The notes under the pieces were generated by a model, which was given only the letters and a program-made list of their open reading frames with translations, did no database searches and was not told the DNA's origin. Below are positions 59,448 through 64,000 of a DNA stretch of 64,000 nt, one piece after another. How positions within the stretch are numbered: position 1 is the stretch's first letter; the number at the start of each line of letters is the position of its first letter. Source of the stretch: an uncultured Candidatus Saccharibacteria bacterium (lineage in GTDB: Bacteria; Patescibacteriota; Minisyncoccia; Phycocordibacterales; CAYSCM01). The translations under genes and the position numbers were made by a program. The stretch covers positions 320,001 through 384,000 of the forward strand of contig CAYSCM010000001.1 in NCBI GenBank assembly GCA_964429815.1, written 5' to 3'.

Positions 59448-59491
59448 TGCATCGCGCGATTCCTTGAGGAATCGCGCGATTTTTATTTTTG
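59448..59491 (+). terminator. intrinsic terminator
   Basis: atcgcgcgattcc-ttga-ggaatcgcgcgat + tttttattttt. Confidence 0.85.
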
Positions 59492-59873
59492 TCTCGCACC
59501 CTACCGTCTCAGAAGCGACTGAAGGGAAGTAATGAAAACCGGGATGCTTAAAATTCCCGTCAGGTATTCTACTGATGTGTAGGCCTCTCCCGTTTTAAAG
59601 ATGTCATGGAAAAGGAGAAAATCAACGAACAAAAAGCCGACTATTAAAACAATGTCGAGTAGTTTTCTCATGCTCACATAACTAGTATACAAAGACTGGG
59701 TTTCTTAGCGGTCGGCGTAATTGTGTGTTACAACTCTTGGGTATTTAGGAGGCGTCGCATGGTGCTTTGAACCGTAGGTTTAAAGAGCTGGAGGCGCGAC
59801 GGCGGCGAGGCGGGGTCGCGGAAATTTTCAGTAGAAAATTATCCGTGACCTAGTGCACATTTGTTTGCAGGGC

Positions 59874-59958
59874 GGAGGGTTCGCATAGCGGTCTAGTGCG
59901 CACGCTTGGAAAGCGTGTGAACCGAAAGGTTCCGAGGGTTCGAATCCCTCACCCTCCG
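59874..59958 (+). tRNA. tRNA-Ser (GGA), class II with long variable arm
   Basis: GGAGGGU/UC/GCA-UAGCGGUCUAG-UGC/G/CACGC-UUGGAAA-GCGUG/UGAACC-GAAA-GGUUCC/GAGGG-UUCGAAU-CCCUC/ACCCUCC-G; same layout as E. coli tRNA-Ser(GGA). Confidence 0.85.
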
Positions 59959-60066
59959 CCCTGTATGCAAGGCTCGAGTGAATTTTCATCTCTCCGCCTC
60001 CGCCCAATCTTTACATACATGCATATCGGGTTACGGGTTCTTTAAAAATTGTAAAGAAAAGGGCAC

Positions 60067-60483
60067 TCATGATTGAGTGCCCCCAGACGACTTTTTCTCT
60101 TCTTTAGCTTTTCGCCAGCTTGAAATATTAGCGATGTCCAAGCCACATTCACGAGCGATGTCGAGCATAGCGTGGTGAAACTCGTGAACGGAGTTGAGTG
60201 CCCAGCTGAACCCGTCAGGATCGAAGTTGTCACCGTTAATCTCCGCAGTGAGCCGAGTGACCCCTGCCCGCGTCACTTCAGCACTGAACTCAAGCAGATT
60301 GGAATGCGATAGTTTTTGGTCAGCCATCGCCTTCCAACCACGGTCTTCCCGCTCCAAGGGAAGCATTGGTTCCGTGCAACGCTTTGCCTTGTAGTGGTCC
60401 ATATAGCCACATGCAGCATCTGTCCTACCCGTTTTTTCACTGCGTTGACGAAGCTTTTCAAAGAACTCTCCAAAGGTTGTCAT
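60067..60483 (-). CDS. hypothetical protein
   Basis: 138 aa. Confidence 0.45.
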   Translation of the reverse strand: MTTFGEFFEKLRQRSEKTGRTDAACGYMDHYKAKRCTEPMLPLEREDRGWKAMADQKLSHSNLLEFSAEVTRAGVTRLTAEINGDNFDPDGFSWALNSVHEFHHAMLDIARECGLDIANISSWRKAKEEKKSSGGTQS

Positions 60484-60719
60484 GGTTGCCTCGCGGTTTA
60501 ACCTATCAGCATAGTAACCTAGGGATATATAATATGAGTATGCAAAAAATTAAGATTGAAAACCATACGTTCTCCGGCGGGCTCTGGCTCGCCGCGTGGC
60601 TTTTCACGATAGGGTTTCTCAAACTCACCTTCTGGCAGGGCGTGTGGGCGATCCTCATTTGGCCCTATTACCTTGGCTTGCATTTCGCGCCGCTCCATTA
60701 AGATTCCCGTATCAGCGAT

Positions 60720-61127
60720 ATGTCGGTACTGAGAGGATTCAAACAATTCATTCTCCGCGGCAACGTCATCGACCTCGCGGTCGGCGTTGTGATCGGCGCC
60801 TCGTTCAACTCTGTCGTCACCGCACTGGTGAAAGATTTGCTCACGCCGCTCATCGGCGCCATAGCAAAGGTGCCGGATTTTTCAGGCCTCAGCTTCACGA
60901 TACACGGGAGTAAGTTCATGTACGGCGACCTCCTCAACGTCGTCATTTCTTTCCTCCTGATCGCCGTTGCCGTGTACTTTTTCATTATTACGCCGATGAA
61001 CGCGCTCATTGCGCGCTCCCGCAGAGCTCCGCCGGCAGACCCGACCACCAAGAAATGCAGGGAGTGTCTCTCCGAAATCCCCCTCGATGCGCGCCGCTGC
61101 GCACATTGCACCCAGGTAGTAGTCTAG
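60720..61127 (+). CDS. mscL: large-conductance mechanosensitive channel MscL with C-terminal CxxC...CxxC zinc-ribbon tail
   Basis: 135 aa; FKQFILRGNVIDLAVGVVIGASF; tail KKCRECLSEIPLDARRCAHC. Confidence 0.85.
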   Translation: MSVLRGFKQFILRGNVIDLAVGVVIGASFNSVVTALVKDLLTPLIGAIAKVPDFSGLSFTIHGSKFMYGDLLNVVISFLLIAVAVYFFIITPMNALIARSRRAPPADPTTKKCRECLSEIPLDARRCAHCTQVVV

Positions 61128-61269
61128 ACATTCCAAGGCTTACCATAAGGCTTTTATGCTGTGGAAAGCCGGAGACCACGTCGGAAGCGTCTCTGATAAA
61201 ATAGGAGTGTGCAACAAATCTTGCCCGGTCGAACGGCAAGTGATTACCCATTAACAATCTTCAATACCT

Positions 61270-61692
61270 ATGTCACTTTTTACTCCGAAAGGGTTCCTCA
61301 TGTGGGGAGGTGTCGTCCTCGTAGTGGTCGCGATCCTCGGCTACGTTGGCGTCATCGGTCCGACGGCGCAGAGCAGCATTTTCGGGAACTTCTGGTGGTT
61401 TGATAATGCGGAAAACATCGCGCACCTTGTGCTCGGCGTCGTCGCGCTCATCGCCATGTATGTCCTCTCGGCAGGCATGCAGAAGAACCTGGTGCTTCTA
61501 GTCGGCGTCGTGGGCATCCTCGTTGCTCTCTACAACCTCGTTGGCACTCAGCTACTCGGGGCGAACCTCGAAAGCCCGGCTGACCTCATCCTCCACCTTG
61601 CGGTGGGTGCGTGGGGCCTCTACGCGGGACTTCGCAAGGCTCCGATGATGGGTTCCTCGATGTCTATGGGCAGCGGGATGGGCTCCATGTAA
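61270..61692 (+). CDS. hypothetical 4-TM membrane protein
   Basis: 140 aa. Confidence 0.5.
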   Translation: MSLFTPKGFLMWGGVVLVVVAILGYVGVIGPTAQSSIFGNFWWFDNAENIAHLVLGVVALIAMYVLSAGMQKNLVLLVGVVGILVALYNLVGTQLLGANLESPADLILHLAVGAWGLYAGLRKAPMMGSSMSMGSGMGSM

Positions 61693-61707
61693 GATTTGCC
61701 TCGCATA

Positions 61708-61740
61708 CAAAACCGCCCGGGAAATCCGGGCGGTTTTGTA
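61708..61740 (+). terminator. intrinsic terminator
   Basis: caaaaccgcccgggaaatccgggcggttttgta. Confidence 0.85.
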
Positions 61741-61796
61741 TTGAGAGGAATTCAACTTCCTAAAACCGATACGGGAAAAGTGCTACTCTATAGGGT

Positions 61797-62207
61797 ATGG
61801 CAAATCTCAAAGACAAAGACGAAGCGTATTGGAAGAACAAGCTCACTCCCGAGCAGTACGAGGTGTTGCGAAACGCTGCGACCGAAGCTCCGTTTTCCGG
61901 AGAGCTCTACGACAACAAAGAAACCGGCATGTATCAGTGCGCCGCCTGCGGGTTTCCGCTCTTCTCTTCGAAAGATAAGTATGACTCTGGCACCGGATGG
62001 CCGTCCTTTGTGCGTCCCGTGGGGAGCGTGGAGACGGCCGACGATGGCTCTCACGGCATGCGCCGCATTGAGGTGACATGCCCGAACTGCGGAAGTCATC
62101 TCGGTCACGTCTTCGACGATGGTCCGGATCATATGCCGGATGGCTCTCCTGCGACGGGAAAGCGCTACTGCATCAATTCCTGCGCCCTCGACTTCAAACC
62201 TGAATAA
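61797..62207 (+). CDS. msrB: peptide-methionine (R)-S-oxide reductase
   Basis: 136 aa; CxxC...CxxC zinc site, GTGWPSF, catalytic [17 protein letters not shown]. Confidence 0.9.
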   Translation: MANLKDKDEAYWKNKLTPEQYEVLRNAATEAPFSGELYDNKETGMYQCAACGFPLFSSKDKYDSGTGWPSFVRPVGSVETADDGSHGMRRIEVTCPNCGSHLGHVFDDGPDHMPDGSPATGKRYCINSCALDFKPE

Positions 62208-62258
62208 GGACTTTTGTTACCGCGCTGAAATGTCTATTATAAAAAGTATTACACTTCT

Positions 62259-62684
62259 ATGTATATAGGTATGGACATACCGATCAATTACATCGCCGTT
62301 CTCATAGCCGCCATTGCAGGAATGCTCATCGGCGCGCTGTGGTACTCGCCGCTTCTCTTTGGGAAAGTATGGATGCGGCTCATGGGGATGCAGATGGGCA
62401 TGACGCCGGAGGGGAAGAGCCGCGCCAAAATGGGTTACGCGTTCGGTTTCATAGCCGCGCTCGTCAGCGCTTATGTACTCGCGCATTTCGTGTACCTCGT
62501 CGCCACGGTCTCGCTTTCCGAGGGACTTATCCTGGGATTCTGGCTCTGGCTTGGGTTTATTGCCCCCGTCATGCTTGGCATGGTGCTCTGGGAAGGCCGG
62601 CCTTGGGGGGTCTACTTCATAAACGTCTTCTACCAGCTCGTAAGCATTCTCGCGATGTCGGTCATCCTTACCCTCTGGGTGTAG
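62259..62684 (+). CDS. DUF1761-like membrane protein
   Basis: 141 aa; 4 TM. Confidence 0.5.
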   Translation: MYIGMDIPINYIAVLIAAIAGMLIGALWYSPLLFGKVWMRLMGMQMGMTPEGKSRAKMGYAFGFIAALVSAYVLAHFVYLVATVSLSEGLILGFWLWLGFIAPVMLGMVLWEGRPWGVYFINVFYQLVSILAMSVILTLWV

Positions 62685-63408
62685 GAATACCGGCGCTCTC
62701 AAGAAGCCTGGAAAGCTCCGCTCCCTCGATACGGCGCACCTTGCCGGAAGGAAGCTTGCCTAGGAGAATATTCCCAACGCGGATGCGCTTGAGGCTTCTC
62801 ACCTGGTAGCCGAGCGCCGCGCACATGCGTCGCACCTGGTGTTTTTTTCCCTCCGTGAGCGTGAGGCGAAAGGTGCGATCGGAGAGTCTCCTCGCCTTGG
62901 CGGGCTTGGTCGTATAGCGCTCGATACGCACGCCCTTTTCCATCTTCACGAGGTCCCCTCCGAGGACTTTTTTATCGACCGCCACCTCATACTCTTTTTC
63001 TTTGAGTGCGCCCGGCTCGAGGAGCCCGCGCACGATGCGTCCGTCGTTGCTTAGGAGGATGAGTCCTTCCGAATCTTTGTCGAGTCGGCCGATCGGGACG
63101 ACGCTTTTGGAAAATTTGGAAAGCGAAGCGATATCGCTCTGTCCCTCGGAGGGGGAATGCGTGACGATGCCGCGCGGTTTGTTGAACGCGAAGTAGACGA
63201 GCTCCTTTTGCACCGAAGCGATGTTTTTGTCGAGCTCTACGAGATCTGCTTCTCGCACGACATCGCCCAATTTTGCGACGGCGCCATTGATGCGAACGTA
63301 TCCCTTCAGTACGAGCTCGTCGGCTTTGCGTCGCGACGCGATGTGACGCTCGGCCAAATATTTATTGATGCGCACCGGAAACCGAGATGCCATTGCGAAA
63401 CTATACAT
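62668..63408 (-). CDS. rRNA pseudouridine synthase (RsuA/RluB family) with S4 domain
   Basis: 246 aa; S4 (RINKYLAERHIASRRKADELV), catalytic PIGRLDKDSEGLILLSNDG. Confidence 0.85.
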   Translation of the reverse strand: MYSFAMASRFPVRINKYLAERHIASRRKADELVLKGYVRINGAVAKLGDVVREADLVELDKNIASVQKELVYFAFNKPRGIVTHSPSEGQSDIASLSKFSKSVVPIGRLDKDSEGLILLSNDGRIVRGLLEPGALKEKEYEVAVDKKVLGGDLVKMEKGVRIERYTTKPAKARRLSDRTFRLTLTEGKKHQVRRMCAALGYQVRSLKRIRVGNILLGKLPSGKVRRIEGAELSRLLESAGIPTPRG

Positions 63409-63554
63409 GCTGCACTACGCTGCGCAATGCGAAATCATACGTGTGTGATTTTTATGCGTTGGCCACTGATGCAGCGAGAAGGAAGGAGTTCTGTGAAGAG
63501 GTGAGCGGGCGCGTGAAGGGCCTTTTTCCAAACGGAGCGAAAAGTTAGTATCAT

Positions 63555-64000
63555 ATGCTCATGGGGAAACTCTTGATAGGGTTCTTGGTGCTCGCGATCG
63601 GCGCGACCGCCCTCGTATTTCTCGCCGCGAACGAGGGAAGTGTGGCTCCCTACGCACAAAACGGGGCGCAGCTCACGAACATGTATCTTGGGAACCTGCC
63701 CCTTAAGGTTGAGATCGCCCGCACGGATGCCGAGCGTCGCCTTGGACTAGGCGGCCGCATCTCGCTCGAGCAAGATCAAGGCATGCTCTTCGTGTTTGAC
63801 CGTCCGCAGCGCCTCGAGTTTTGGATGAAAGACATGCATTTTCCGCTCGATATGATCTGGCTCGATCAAAATTTTATGATAGTCGATATTTCAAAGGACG
63901 TTCGGCCTGACACGTACCCGCAAACCTTCTCGCCAAAAATTCCGGCACAATATGTACTGGAAGTCAATGCCGGGGTTTCAGATAGTTTCGGTATCGGGGA
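63555..64000 (+). CDS. DUF192-domain protein, 3'-truncated by window edge
   Basis: ATG 63555; signal anchor; LGGRISLEQDQGMLFVF...DMIWLD typical DUF192. Confidence 0.6.
   Translation, partial: MLMGKLLIGFLVLAIGATALVFLAANEGSVAPYAQNGAQLTNMYLGNLPLKVEIARTDAERRLGLGGRISLEQDQGMLFVFDRPQRLEFWMKDMHFPLDMIWLDQNFMIVDISKDVRPDTYPQTFSPKIPAQYVLEVNAGVSDSFGIG

Overview
This 64 kb window is bacterial chromosome at about 55-60% GC, densely packed with housekeeping genes on both strands: ligA, gatCA, prfB, ftsEX, pyrG, dinB, rarA, nth, a mutY-like glycosylase, rnj, secG, groES-groEL, htpX, mscL, msrB and a pseudouridine synthase. These are interspersed with many small secreted or membrane DUF proteins, suggesting a small-genome lineage, possibly CPR/Patescibacteria-like (inference only). 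Nine tRNA genes are readable: Met x2, Asp, Thr x2, Gln, Ser, and Thr(CGU)/Thr(GGU) placed directly in front of prfB. The main accessory feature is a roughly 11 kb, visibly lower-GC island (about 16.3-27.5 kb) inserted immediately 3' of tRNA-Gln. It starts with a large serine recombinase and carries an M.EcoRI-like adenine methyltransferase that overlaps a DUF262(ParB-like)-HNH nuclease gene. It also carries a translationally coupled pair of orphan proteins (235 aa and 998 aa) with no recognisable domains, which is a candidate undescribed defence or accessory system. The rest of the island is an XRE repressor with a perfect palindromic operator, a PD-(D/E)xK-type nuclease, a terminase-small-subunit-like HTH protein and a phage-type ParB-methyltransferase fusion. 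A second notable region is a 9-gene minus-strand operon (32.3-38.2 kb): ECF sigma factor, putative anti-sigma membrane proteins, a MacA-like adaptor, a MacB-like ATPase and permease, and a small secreted protein, with a divergent second ECF sigma/DUF5667 pair. Other observations include a pair of 68-nt hairpin-containing direct repeats with a compensatory indel flanking a peptidoglycan-binding protein gene next to tRNA-Met. There is a YHYH-domain gene broken by a 1-nt deletion in a G run. A roughly 460-bp structured non-coding region ending in an intrinsic terminator lies upstream of nth. prfB has neither the programmed frameshift nor the N-terminal segment. RNase J carries an Arg/Gly-rich N-terminal extension. 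No CRISPR array and no rRNA were seen.
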